Both the position numbers and the translations under genes were made by a program. The notes beneath the pieces were generated by a model. It was not told the origin of the DNA. It searched no databases and saw only the letters and a program-made list of their open reading frames with translations. A DNA stretch of 64,000 nucleotides, taken from the NCBI GenBank assembly GCA_963816355.1, contig CAWFKH010000003.1, positions 1,216,001 through 1,280,000 on the forward strand, in the 5' to 3' direction. The DNA comes from an uncultured Gemmatimonadales bacterium. Its GTDB lineage: Bacteria > Gemmatimonadota > Gemmatimonadetes > Longimicrobiales > RSA9. Below, piece by piece: positions 36,898 through 46,360 of the stretch. The stretch's first letter is position 1. The number at the start of each line of letters is the position of its first letter.

Positions 36898-38447
36898 GCG
36901 ATCTCCCGGTCCGTCGTCCGCTCCCCCGCCCCCGCGATGGCCGGCCCCCGCGCCGCACGGGCCGCGCTCACGAACGACCGCAGCGCCGCCCCCGACTTCT
37001 CCCCCACCCGCGCCTCCACGCCGGAGCTCACGTCCACCAGGTCGGGACGAAGCAGCTCCGCCGCGGCCGCCACGTTCTCCGGCGTCAGCCCGCCTGCGAC
37101 GACCAGCCGCGGCCGGCGCTCGCCGAGCCCCTCCAGCGCCGCCGCAGCCCCCGCCCAGTCGAACCGCTCGCCGGTGCCTCCCGCCCCGCGATCCGACCAC
37201 GCGTCGAGCAACACCGCGTCCGCCACCCCTTCCCAGCGCGCCAGCTCCGGCGCGAGCTCCGCCGCCGACCGCAGCCGCACCGCCTTCCACGCTTCCCACC
37301 GCCCGGCCGCCCGCACCGCCGCCACCGCCGCCACCGACTCCCGCCCGTGAAGCTGGACGGCGTCGAGCTGGAGGCGGCGCGCCGCCGTCACCACCGCCTC
37401 CACCGGCTCGTCCACGAAGACGCCCACCCGACGCGGACCCGCGCCAGCGCCCGCGGCCCCCCCGGGGCCCGCGGGCCCCATGGCCTCCGCCGCGCCCGCA
37501 AAGATCGCCGCGGCGGACGTCGTCGTCTGCGCCCGTGGACCCGACGCGCTGAGGATCACGCCCAGGTAGTCGGCCCCCGCTGCGGCCGCCGCCGCCGCGT
37601 CCTCCGGCCGGCACAGCCCGCACACCTTCACGAGCGGCGGTGCCACCGCGCCGCCGCGCGGGCGACGCCGCTGCCGCGCCAGCTCCGCGCCATCACCGCC
37701 GCGCGCGTCCGCCCGCATCAGCGCCTCACCGACGAGCACCGCGTCGACGCCCGCCTCCCCCAGCGCCGCGACCTCCTCCGCGCTCCGGATCCCGCTCTCT
37801 CCCACGAGCACGACGTCGCGCGGAACGAGCGGCGCCAGCTCGAGCGTCCGCCGCAGCTCCGTGCGGAACGTCGTCAGGTCCCGGTTGTTTACTCCCACCA
37901 GGCGCGCCCCCGCCGCCAGCGCGCGCTCCAGCTCCGCCCCATCGTGCACCTCCACCAGCGCGTCCAGCCCCACCTCCCGCGCCGCCGCCAGCAGATCTCG
38001 CAGCCGCGCCGCATCCAGGATGCGCACGATCAGCAGCACCGCGTCCGCACCCGCCGCCCGCGCCTCCCACACCTGCGCCGCGTCGATCACGAAGTCCTTG
38101 CGCAGCACCGGCAGCGCGACCGCCGCCCGCGCCGCTTCCAGATCCGCCAGCGAGCCGCCGAACTCCGGCCCGTCCGTGAGTACACTCAGCGCCGAGGCGC
38201 CCGCGTCCGCGTACGCCGTGACCACCCGCGCCGGCTCCGCGCCCTCGCCCAGCCACCCCGCCGACGGCGAGCGCCGCTTGAACTCCGCGATCACCGCCAC
38301 GCGCGGCCCCCGCAGCGCCCGCGCGAAGCCCCGCACCGGCGCCGCCGACGCCGCCGCCTCGGCCGCGCGCCGCAGCCCCCCCTCCCGCGGCCGCAGCCGC
38401 TCCACCTCGTCGCGCTTCGCCTCGACGATCCGTTCAAGGATCGACAT
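36894..38447 (-). CDS. trpCF: Fused indole-3-glycerol-phosphate synthase / phosphoribosylanthranilate isomerase
   Basis: N-half [32 protein letters not shown]-half [41 protein letters not shown], all in one ORF; AAGGGGG RBS. Confidence 0.93.
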   Translation of the reverse strand: MSILERIVEAKRDEVERLRPREGGLRRAAEAAASAAPVRGFARALRGPRVAVIAEFKRRSPSAGWLGEGAEPARVVTAYADAGASALSVLTDGPEFGGSLADLEAARAAVALPVLRKDFVIDAAQVWEARAAGADAVLLIVRILDAARLRDLLAAAREVGLDALVEVHDGAELERALAAGARLVGVNNRDLTTFRTELRRTLELAPLVPRDVVLVGESGIRSAEEVAALGEAGVDAVLVGEALMRADARGGDGAELARQRRRPRGGAVAPPLVKVCGLCRPEDAAAAAAAGADYLGVILSASGPRAQTTTSAAAIFAGAAEAMGPAGPGGAAGAGAGPRRVGVFVDEPVEAVVTAARRLQLDAVQLHGRESVAAVAAVRAAGRWEAWKAVRLRSAAELAPELARWEGVADAVLLDAWSDRGAGGTGERFDWAGAAAALEGLGERRPRLVVAGGLTPENVAAAAELLRPDLVDVSSGVEARVGEKSGAALRSFVSAARAARGPAIAGAGERTTDREIA

Positions 38448-38455
38448 CGTCCCCC

Positions 38456-38503
38456 TTGCGATTCGGTCCCTTTTCGGGTAGTGTGCGTTCGGGCCTTCTT
38501 CGG
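38456..38503 (+). promoter_or_regulatory. Sigma70 promoter of lexA with two TTCGG-N6-TTCGG direct repeats (candidate LexA operators)
   Basis: TTGCGA (38456-61), 17-bp spacer, TAGTGT (38479-84); repeats at 38462-38477 (within the spacer) and 38488-38503. Confidence 0.65.
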
Positions 38504-38577
38504 CCCAAGATCGGAGCGGATCGCCCGCCACGCAAGCCGTGGAGGGCTTCTACACCCCTGCCTCTCGGGAGTGTGCC

Positions 38578-39186
38578 ATGGCGGTGACCAAACGCCAGAA
38601 GGAGATCCTCGACTTCCTTCAGGAGTACCTGGCCGCGAACGGCTACGCACCCAGCTACGAGGAGATCGCCGGCAACTTCGGCTTCTCGTCCCTCGCGACG
38701 GTCCACGAGCACCTCGAGAACCTGAAGCGCAAGGGCTACATCCGGAAGAACTACAACGAGAGCCGTTCCATCGAGCTCGTCCCCACGGCCGCGCGCGTCG
38801 CCGCCGTGGAGCTGCCGCTCTTCGGCCGCGTCGCCGCCGGCGTGCCGATCGAAGCGGTACAGGAACAGGAAACGATCGCGGTGCCGGAGGACATGCTCGG
38901 GCGCGGCGGCCACAATTTCGTGCTTCGCGTTGCCGGTGACTCGATGATCGACGAGCAGATCCGGGACGGGGACTACATCGTCGTCAACTCGCGGCAGACC
39001 GCGCACGACGGCGAGATGGTCGTCGCCCTCGTCGACGAGGAGGCCGCGACGGTCAAGAAGTTCTACCGCGAGCGCGACGGCCGCATCCGCCTGCAGCCGG
39101 CCAACGCGACGATGCGCCCGCTGCACTACCGCGCCGACCGCATCCGCATCCAGGGGATCGTCGTCGGCGTGATCCGCAGGTACTGA
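38578..39186 (+). CDS. lexA: SOS repressor LexA
   Basis: TKRQKEIL, GYAPSYEEIA, ATVHEHL..L.RKGYI, GRVAAGVP (A-G cleavage site), GDSM (catalytic Ser), TVKK (catalytic Lys). Confidence 0.97.
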   Translation: MAVTKRQKEILDFLQEYLAANGYAPSYEEIAGNFGFSSLATVHEHLENLKRKGYIRKNYNESRSIELVPTAARVAAVELPLFGRVAAGVPIEAVQEQETIAVPEDMLGRGGHNFVLRVAGDSMIDEQIRDGDYIVVNSRQTAHDGEMVVALVDEEAATVKKFYRERDGRIRLQPANATMRPLHYRADRIRIQGIVVGVIRRY

Positions 39187-39369
39187 GGGAGGCGATATGG
39201 AGGGAGGCGTGGAGGATCGACGCGAGCGGCAGCGCTGCGAGGGGAACGGCGCCCGATCCGGGAAGCGTGCCTTCGTGCTCGGCCGGCGCAACCGCCGTGC
39301 GACCGAGGTCGTCCTCGTCGCGCGCCGGCGCCCGCCCCTCACCGGCCCCTGGACCCTGCGCGCGGTCGT

Positions 39370-39427
39370 GTCCGCGAACTGACCTGGTCGGCGAACGGAC
39401 CTGGTCCGCGAACGGACCTAGTCCGCG
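39370..39427. repeat. Three tandem 17-bp hairpin units (GGTCCG-CGAA-CGGACC) at the trpD stop
   Basis: GTCCGCGAACTGACCTG / GTCGGCGAACGGACCTG / GTCCGCGAACGGACCTA at 39370, 39387, 39404. Confidence 0.85.
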
Positions 39428-40503
39428 GCGCCCGCCGCCGCCCGCGTCTCCTTCCGCAGCCGCTCCAGCACCTCGCGCGCCGCGCCGGATCGGATCGAGC
39501 GCTCCGCACCCTCGACCCCGTCGCCGAGCGTCGCGGCGATTCCGGCGACGTAGAGCGCCGCTCCCGCGTTGAGCACGACGGCGGCGTGCGCGGCGCGGCC
39601 GCCGCGTCCATCCAGCACCTCGAGCGTCACGCGCGCGTTGTGGTCCGGGTCGCCTCCGCCGAGCTCCGCGATGCGCAGATCCGTCCAGCCGAAGTCGGCG
39701 GGGCGGATCCTGTGGTGCTCGAGGCGGCCCTCGCGCAGCTCCCACACGTCGGTGTCCCCGACGGGGCTCAGTTCGTCCATGCCCGGCGCGCCATGGACGA
39801 CGAGCGCGTGTTCGTGGCCGAGGTGGCGGAGCGCGTTCGCGACTAGCTCGAGGAACGCGGGATCGGCCACGCCGACCACCTGGCGGCGAGCGCCCGCCGG
39901 GTTGGTCAGCGGCCCCAGGAGGTTCATCACGGTCGGGATGCCGAGCTCGCGGCGCACCGGGATCACGTGCCGCATGGCCGGGTGGAGGATCGGTGCGAAC
40001 ATGAAGACGATCCCGGCGCGGTCGAAGACCTCCGCCATCGCTTCGGCGGTCAGGTCGATGCGCACGCCGAGCGCCTCCAGAACGTCGGCCGTGCCGCAAC
40101 GCGAGGTGAAGGAGCGGTTGCCGTGCTTCGCGATGCGGGCGCCGCCGCCCGCCGCGACCAGGGCCGCCGTGGTCGAGATGTTGAAGGTGACGAGGTCCCC
40201 GCCGCCGGTGCCGCACGTGTCAACCACCGCCACTTCCGGATCGACCGGCACCGGCACCATCGCCCTGCGCATCGCTCGCACGCCGCCGGCCACCTCGGTG
40301 GCCGCCTCGCCTTTCGCCCGCAGAGCCGCCAGCAGCGCGGCCATCTGGATCGGCGACGCGCGCCCTTCCATCACGTCGCCGAACGCGAGCTCCGCCTCGG
40401 CCACGTCCAGGTCGACGCGGGAGGCGACCTTGCCGATCAGGGCGCCGAGGGAGGGGCGCGGCGGCTCCTCCTCCGCGCGGGCGAGCTCCGCCACGTCGCT
40501 CAC
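39418..40503 (-). CDS. trpD: Anthranilate phosphoribosyltransferase
   Basis: DTCGTGGG..TFNIST, KHGNRS, FAP..HPAM, NLLGPLTNP, VHG..GMDE; GTGA overlap with upstream gene. Confidence 0.96.
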   Translation of the reverse strand: MSDVAELARAEEEPPRPSLGALIGKVASRVDLDVAEAELAFGDVMEGRASPIQMAALLAALRAKGEAATEVAGGVRAMRRAMVPVPVDPEVAVVDTCGTGGGDLVTFNISTTAALVAAGGGARIAKHGNRSFTSRCGTADVLEALGVRIDLTAEAMAEVFDRAGIVFMFAPILHPAMRHVIPVRRELGIPTVMNLLGPLTNPAGARRQVVGVADPAFLELVANALRHLGHEHALVVHGAPGMDELSPVGDTDVWELREGRLEHHRIRPADFGWTDLRIAELGGGDPDHNARVTLEVLDGRGGRAAHAAVVLNAGAALYVAGIAATLGDGVEGAERSIRSGAAREVLERLRKETRAAAGAAD

Positions 40504-42734
40504 CCGCGCCGCTCGCCGGGCGCAGCGCCGGCGTCGTCCGGCCGGTCGGGCGCCGCCTGCGGTGCGGCCGCGGTGGGGCCGAGGCGCACGCGGGCATCGA
40601 CCGCCACGCCGCCGCGCTCGAACAGGACGAACGGGTTGATGTCCATCTCGACGATCTCGGTGTGCTCGCCCACGAGTTGGGACACGCGCTGGATCACCTC
40701 CGCGGCCATCGCGCGGTCGACGGCCGCCTCGCCGCGAACGCCCTCGAGCAGCGCGTGGCCGCGGATCGATGCGACCATCTCTCGCGCATCCACGTCCGTG
40801 ACCGGCTGCACGCGAAAGACGACGTCGCGCAGCGCCTCCACGTAGACGCCGCCCAGGCCGAACATCAAGAGCGCTCCGAAGCCTGGATCGAGCGTCGTCC
40901 CCACGATCACCTCGCGACCGCCGCGCACGAGCGGCTGCACGAGCACGCCGTCCACGCGCGCGTCCGGATCCGCCTCTCGCACCGCGGCGACGAGCTCCTC
41001 GAAGGCGGACCGCACCTCGTCGGCCGTGCGCAGGTCGACACGTACGCCGCCCACGTCGGTCTTGTGCACGATGTCGGGCGAGAGGACCTTGAGCACGACG
41101 GGCAGCCCGAGCGCCACGGCGCGCGCGGCCGCCTCCTCCGCGTCGCGCGCCACGTGCGCGCCCGCCACGGGTATGCCGTACGCCTTCAGGACCTCGAATA
41201 CTTCCATGAGACCGAGCTGTTCCCGTCCCTCCCGGCCAGCGGTCTCGAGGACGGCGGCGGCGCGGGCGCGGTCCACCTCGAAGGGCTGGACGCGGCCATC
41301 GGGGCGTTCCAGCCAGCGCCGGTAGCGGTCCATTCCGGCGAGAGCGCGGGCGGCGGATTCGGGGAAGATGTAGGCCGGAATGCCCGCTTCGTTGAGCTCT
41401 GCCCTTCCCTGCGGCAGCCCCTCCCGCCCCATCAGCACCGCGAGGACCGGCTTCTCCGGACCGGTGCGGTGCGCGCCCACGATCGCCTCCGCGACGTCGG
41501 CCTGCCGCACGCCGAGCGGCGGCACGAAGGCGGCGATCGCAGCGTCGACGGCGTCGTCGGTGAGCAGCGCCTCGAGCACGCGCCGGTACGCATCCGCGCC
41601 GGCGGATGCGATCATGTCCACCGGATTGCGAACGCTCGCCTCCTCCGGGAGCATCGCGCGCAGCCGCTCCTGCGTTGCGGCCGACAGCTCGCGCACGCGC
41701 AGCCCGGCGGACTCGCAGGCGTCGGCGATGATGATCCCGGGACCACCGGCGTTCGTCACGATCGCGACCGAGTTTCCGCGCGGCATCGGGAGCGTGCCGA
41801 AGGCCATCGCGAGGTCGAAGAGCTCCTCGACCGACTCGACGCGGATGACGCCGCACTGCGCGAGGAGCGCGTCGGTCGCGACGTCGAGTCCGGCCAGCGC
41901 ACCGGTGTGCGACGTCGCCGCGCGCGCGCCCGCTTTGGTGCGCCCGGACTTCACCGCGATGATCGGCGTGTTCCGCGTCACCCGTCGGGCGATCTGGGTG
42001 AAGCGCTGCGGGTTCCCGAAGTTCTCCAGATACATGAGGATGACGCGGGTCTGCGCGTCGTCCTCCCAGTACTCGAGCAGATCGTTGCCGCTGACGTCCG
42101 CCTTGTTGCCCACCGACACGAAGTTGTGGATTCCGATCCCGTACTCCGCCGCGTAGTCGAGGATCGTCACGCCCATCGCGCCGGACTGGCTCATGAAGCT
42201 CACCCGACCCGGCGGCGGCATCGCGGGCGCGAACGTCGCGTTCATCGATACGTCCGCCGCCGTGTTCGCGATGCCCATGCAGTTGGGACCGACCAGCCGG
42301 ATGCCGTAGCGACGCACCTGCTCGAGCAGCGCCCGCTCGCGCGCCACGCCGGCGCCGCCCACTTCCTTGAACCCGGCCGAGATGACGACGGCGCCTCCGA
42401 CCCCCTTCGCGCCGCACTCCTCGATCACGGCGGCCACGTGCTCCTTCGGCACGACGACCACGGCGAGATCGATCGGATCGGGAATGTCGCGGATGGAGGC
42501 GTAGGCGCGGATCGAGTGGATCGAGGCAGCGCGCAGGTTCACCGGATAGATCGCGCCGGTGAAGCCGTGCCGCACCAGGTTGTCGACCACCTGCCAGCCG
42601 ATCGTGCCCGGCGTCCGGCTCGCACCGACGATCGCGATCGAGCGCGGACGCAGCAGCGGCCGCAGCGATGCGATGCGACGACGCCGCTCCCCGTCGCCGG
42701 CGCTCGCCACGTCGCCTTCCCCTTCAGCAGCCAT
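40500..42734 (-). CDS. Acetate--CoA ligase (ADP-forming) / acyl-CoA synthetase family (CoA-binding + ATP-grasp)
   Basis: PRSIAIVGAS, ISAGFKE, GPNCMG, SQSGA, SHTGALAG (phospho-His), TNAGGPG, NPVDM, HKTDVGGV, DINP. Confidence 0.92.
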   Translation of the reverse strand: MAAEGEGDVASAGDGERRRRIASLRPLLRPRSIAIVGASRTPGTIGWQVVDNLVRHGFTGAIYPVNLRAASIHSIRAYASIRDIPDPIDLAVVVVPKEHVAAVIEECGAKGVGGAVVISAGFKEVGGAGVARERALLEQVRRYGIRLVGPNCMGIANTAADVSMNATFAPAMPPPGRVSFMSQSGAMGVTILDYAAEYGIGIHNFVSVGNKADVSGNDLLEYWEDDAQTRVILMYLENFGNPQRFTQIARRVTRNTPIIAVKSGRTKAGARAATSHTGALAGLDVATDALLAQCGVIRVESVEELFDLAMAFGTLPMPRGNSVAIVTNAGGPGIIIADACESAGLRVRELSAATQERLRAMLPEEASVRNPVDMIASAGADAYRRVLEALLTDDAVDAAIAAFVPPLGVRQADVAEAIVGAHRTGPEKPVLAVLMGREGLPQGRAELNEAGIPAYIFPESAARALAGMDRYRRWLERPDGRVQPFEVDRARAAAVLETAGREGREQLGLMEVFEVLKAYGIPVAGAHVARDAEEAAARAVALGLPVVLKVLSPDIVHKTDVGGVRVDLRTADEVRSAFEELVAAVREADPDARVDGVLVQPLVRGGREVIVGTTLDPGFGALLMFGLGGVYVEALRDVVFRVQPVTDVDAREMVASIRGHALLEGVRGEAAVDRAMAAEVIQRVSQLVGEHTEIVEMDINPFVLFERGGVAVDARVRLGPTAAAPQAAPDRPDDAGAAPGERRG

Positions 42735-42779
42735 CGGTTCGCCGTCGCGACGACGCCGCGCACGCGGCGGCCACGCCCC

Positions 42780-43820
42780 TCACGCCGGCGCCCCCGCGGC
42801 GCCGCCGGCGTCGGTCGCCGCTCGCGCGATCCGCAACACGCGCGTTTCGCCGTGGGCGTGGATCCACAGGTCGGATTCCGGCAGACCGGCGGCGCCCCAC
42901 GCCGAACGCAGGCGCGCCGGCGGCTCCAGCACCGGCTCGTCGCTGAGGCGGAACGTGCCCCAATGGATCGCCACCAGGGGGCCGCGCACCTGCAGCTCAC
43001 GGTATGCCCGCACCGCCTCTTCCGGATTCATGTGCACCGGCCGCATGAACCACTCGGGCGCGTACGCGCCGATCGGCAGCGCCGCGGCGTCGAAGGGCCC
43101 CCAGCGGCGGCCGATCTCGCGGTAGCCGCGGAAGTAGCCGCTGTCGCCGCCGAAATAGAAGCGCGCCCCGCGCGCCGTGACCAGTCCCCACGACGCCCAC
43201 GATCTGCGGTTGCGCGCGAAGGGACTTCGCGCGCACCAGTGCGCCGCCGGAAGCGCGACGAAGCGCATGCGGCCGTCCGCGCCGGCAACTGCGGCCTCGT
43301 CGCCCCACGCGCACTCGGCCACCGCCTCCGCGCCCCGCCGGCGCAGCCACGCGCGGTAGCCGGTCGGCGTGACCCACGTCGCCTCCGGCCACAGTCGCGC
43401 GAGCCGGCGCACGCTGCCGTCGTCGAGGTGGTCGAAGTGGTCGTGCGAGAGGAGCACCGCGTCGAGCGGTGGCAGATCCTCGAGCTTCAGCCCCGGCGCC
43501 GTCAGCCGCGAAGGACCCGCCCACTGTACCGGAGAGGCGCGCCGGCTGAACGCCGGATCGGTAAGGACGTTGAGACCGCCGAACTGCAGCAGGAGCGTGG
43601 AATGGCCCACCCACGTCACCCTCAGCTCCTCCGCCGAGGCCCGCGGCCGCGCGACCGCGGCGGCGACCGTGGGAAGCGCGGAGGGCGCCGGATCCGGCGA
43701 CACCCCGTGCCGGATCCGCTCCCACTGCCACTTCAGAAACGCGCTTCCGCCGCCGCGGCGATGCGCGTCGGCGCGCCGCACCGTGGCGGGAGCGCGGCCC
43801 GTACCGTTCTCTCTACGCAT
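42780..43820 (-). CDS. MBL-fold metallo-hydrolase (NAPE-PLD/RomA-like)
   Basis: TWVGHST, LTDP.FS.RASP, SHDHFDHLD, PAAHW, GDSGY, PIGAY, HWGTF; start approximate. Confidence 0.88.
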   Translation of the reverse strand: MRRENGTGRAPATVRRADAHRRGGGSAFLKWQWERIRHGVSPDPAPSALPTVAAAVARPRASAEELRVTWVGHSTLLLQFGGLNVLTDPAFSRRASPVQWAGPSRLTAPGLKLEDLPPLDAVLLSHDHFDHLDDGSVRRLARLWPEATWVTPTGYRAWLRRRGAEAVAECAWGDEAAVAGADGRMRFVALPAAHWCARSPFARNRRSWASWGLVTARGARFYFGGDSGYFRGYREIGRRWGPFDAAALPIGAYAPEWFMRPVHMNPEEAVRAYRELQVRGPLVAIHWGTFRLSDEPVLEPPARLRSAWGAAGLPESDLWIHAHGETRVLRIARAATDAGGAAGAPA

Positions 43821-43885
43821 GCGGGAAATGAACGCGCTCGGGAGGGGCGGGCAAGCGGTCGCCGCGCGCAGATCCACGCGGCGAC

Positions 43886-44671
43886 TCAGAAGTGGCGTGC
43901 GGCGACGTAGATGAGAGGCGGAACCAGCGACAGGCCGACCCAGCGCAGCACGGACATCACTCCGCCCCCCTTCTTCGGGACAGTGATCTCGTCGCCCGCC
44001 TGCAGGTTCATCTGGTCGAGCGTCCGCCCCTGCGCCATCGCCGTCTGCAGCGGCTCGCCTTCCCAGATCACGTCGTCGCCCCGGTCGATCTCGACGTCCT
44101 CGATCTTCGCGTTGTCGCGCGGTCCGCCGGCCGCCATGAGCGCCTCGGTCAACACCGTCGTCGACGGCAGGACGTAGAAGCCGGGACGCCCCACCGCGCC
44201 GAGGACCGCGACCCGCATGAGCGACCGCGCCGTCACCTTCGGATCCTTGATGAAGCGGCCCAGCTCCCGCGTCATGTGGTCCTCCAGCTCGGAGCGCAGC
44301 ACCCCCTTCAGCGAGATGTCGCCGATCACCGGCAGGCGGACCACCGAATTGCCCGCCACCGTGAAGGTGTCCGTCAGCGCCTCTTCCCCCTGCACCGAGA
44401 GCCAGATGCGGTCGCCGACGCGGAAATCCCCTTCCTTCAGCCGCTCCCGGATCAGCGCCGCGTCCCGCGCCGCCCGCCCCCGGAGCGACGAGCTGTACGC
44501 ATCCAATGCCGCCGCCTGGTCGTACTTCTGCAGCAGGTCCGTCAGATCCTGACGCGTCAACTGGAGCCCGCTCGGATTCCAGTCCGCCGGATCCTGCGCG
44601 CGCGCCGGAGGCGGCGCCGCGAGCAGCAGGGCGCACGCCACGACGATGAATCGACTGGTGAGCTGGCTCAA
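43886..44671 (-). CDS. Polysaccharide export protein (Wza/OPX-like, Poly_export + SLBB)
   Basis: Signal peptide; FRVGDRI, LPVIGDI.L.G, VLGAVGRPG.Y, EALMAAGG, LQAGD.I.VP; C-terminal amphipathic helix. Confidence 0.82.
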   Translation of the reverse strand: MSQLTSRFIVVACALLLAAPPPARAQDPADWNPSGLQLTRQDLTDLLQKYDQAAALDAYSSSLRGRAARDAALIRERLKEGDFRVGDRIWLSVQGEEALTDTFTVAGNSVVRLPVIGDISLKGVLRSELEDHMTRELGRFIKDPKVTARSLMRVAVLGAVGRPGFYVLPSTTVLTEALMAAGGPRDNAKIEDVEIDRGDDVIWEGEPLQTAMAQGRTLDQMNLQAGDEITVPKKGGGVMSVLRWVGLSLVPPLIYVAARHF

Positions 44672-44764
44672 ACGAGATCCGGATGCTGCGGGCCGCTGCG
44701 GCCGTTCACGTTCGACTTCCTCGACCGGGAAGAAAGGTAGGAAGGACCGTGCCGCCGCGAAAGC

Positions 44765-44989
44765 TCAAGCCGCCCGACTCAGCAGCGGTCCGCTGCACCC
44801 GGCGAGGCCGAACCCCGCCAGCGCCTCCAGCGCCCGCAGCAGCCGCTCCGTCCCATCCGGAATCGGCAACACGGCGTGGCACTTCGAGCAGAACAGCAGA
44901 TCCAGCTTCATCCGAGCGTCGGGCCAGCGCGGGGTACGGCCCGACACGGCCTCGGCGCCGTCGCCGCTGCATTGAAGACAGAGCATCAT
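44765..44989 (-). CDS. Small hypothetical protein with two CxxC motifs (zinc-ribbon-like), 74 aa
   Basis: GGAGG just upstream of ATG; MMLCLQC...LFCSKC; co-oriented upstream of the Wza-like gene. Confidence 0.55.
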   Translation of the reverse strand: MMLCLQCSGDGAEAVSGRTPRWPDARMKLDLLFCSKCHAVLPIPDGTERLLRALEALAGFGLAGCSGPLLSRAA

Positions 44990-45366
44990 GCCTCCGGGGG
45001 ATCGGAGCTCACGTTCGGTCCGCCTCGAGCCCGTCAAGAACAATGCCGCCCTGCCCGTCCCGCCTTCGGTCCCGTGAAACCGCGGATTTCACGCGAAATC
45101 CTGGCTCTCCGCGACACGGATCGTTGCATGGCCTCGACACTCGTGGTGGGGTCTTGTTGCATCATTGCTCCGGCTGACGGCGCTCGATATGCTTGTGGCG
45201 TCCGCGGCGCGAGAGCGCCATCCCCTCTATTCCCGTGGGTCCGCCACCGTCGAGCGGGACGGCGCGGGCCGCATTCCGGCGGCGAGCGTACGCGGCGCAC
45301 GGATCGTGCAGGACACGCCGCCGCGAGCGCGCTCAATGACCCGCCACGGGGGCGAACCGACAACCA

Positions 45367-46296
45367 ATGCCACACGCCACCCCCTCGAGACGTCCGCCCG
45401 TCGTGCTGGTCGCGAACACGGAGGAGTGGTCCACACGTTCCGTGGAGAGCGTGATCGCCTCCGAAGGCTATCACGTGGTGCGCGCGCACACGGGCCAACA
45501 GGTGTTCGAGTACGCCGAATCGGCGCAGCCGGACGCGGTCCTTCTGAACGTGAGTCTTCCGGACCTTCCCGGGATCTCCGTGTGCCGCGAGCTGCGCGCG
45601 CGCTCGCTCGTCGCGCCGAGCACGCCGATCCTCATGATCTCGGGCTCTCTGCCGGAGCAGTCGGCGCTGGTCGAAGCGCTGCGCGCGGGCGCGTGGGATC
45701 TGATGGCCCTGCCGCTGGACTCCGAGGTGCTCGTCGCGAAGCTCGGCGCCTACGTCGGCGCGAAGCTCGACGCCGAGGGCGCACGCGAATCGAGCCTGCT
45801 CGACGCCGCCACGGGACTCTACAACCTGAAGGGGATCCTGCGGCAGGTGGCCCAACTCGGTCAGGACGCCGCGCGGCACGGGCGGCCGATCGCGTGCGTC
45901 GTGTTCGCGGCCGACCCAGGGGCCGACCGGGCCCGTGAGGTCGGCGCCGCTCTCGCCGACCGCGTCCGCGCCTCGACGCGCGGGTCCGACGCCGTCGGCC
46001 GCCTCAGCCGCAACGAGTTCATCGTGGTCGCGCCGGAGACCGGACGCGAAGGCGTGCTCAAGCTCGCCGAGCGACTCGCCCAGGCGATCACGGCCGCGGA
46101 AAGCGCCGCAGCAGCGCCGGGGCTGCACATCCGAGCCGGCTGCTACGCCGTGGGCGACATGGAAGAGGAAGCGCTCCAGCCGACCGACCTGCTCGTCCGC
46201 GCCACCGTCGCGCTGCGGCAGTCGCAGGCGGATACGTCGGGGGCGACGATCCGCTTCTACGACGACACCGATCTTACGAGCACGTCCCTCTCCTGA
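45367..46296 (+). CDS. Pseudo-receiver plus degenerate GGDEF domain protein
   Basis: REC fold (VLVANTEE, PDAVLLNVSLP, PILMIS); D..TGLYN; RGSDAVGRLSRNEF in place of RxxDxxxRxGGDEF. Confidence 0.85.
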   Translation: MPHATPSRRPPVVLVANTEEWSTRSVESVIASEGYHVVRAHTGQQVFEYAESAQPDAVLLNVSLPDLPGISVCRELRARSLVAPSTPILMISGSLPEQSALVEALRAGAWDLMALPLDSEVLVAKLGAYVGAKLDAEGARESSLLDAATGLYNLKGILRQVAQLGQDAARHGRPIACVVFAADPGADRAREVGAALADRVRASTRGSDAVGRLSRNEFIVVAPETGREGVLKLAERLAQAITAAESAAAAPGLHIRAGCYAVGDMEEEALQPTDLLVRATVALRQSQADTSGATIRFYDDTDLTSTSLS

Positions 46297-46360
46297 TCCC
46301 GGCGGGCGGCCGCCAGCGGCCGATCCGCGCCGGGCTTGGCGCCGTGCCTCGCCTGCCTGC

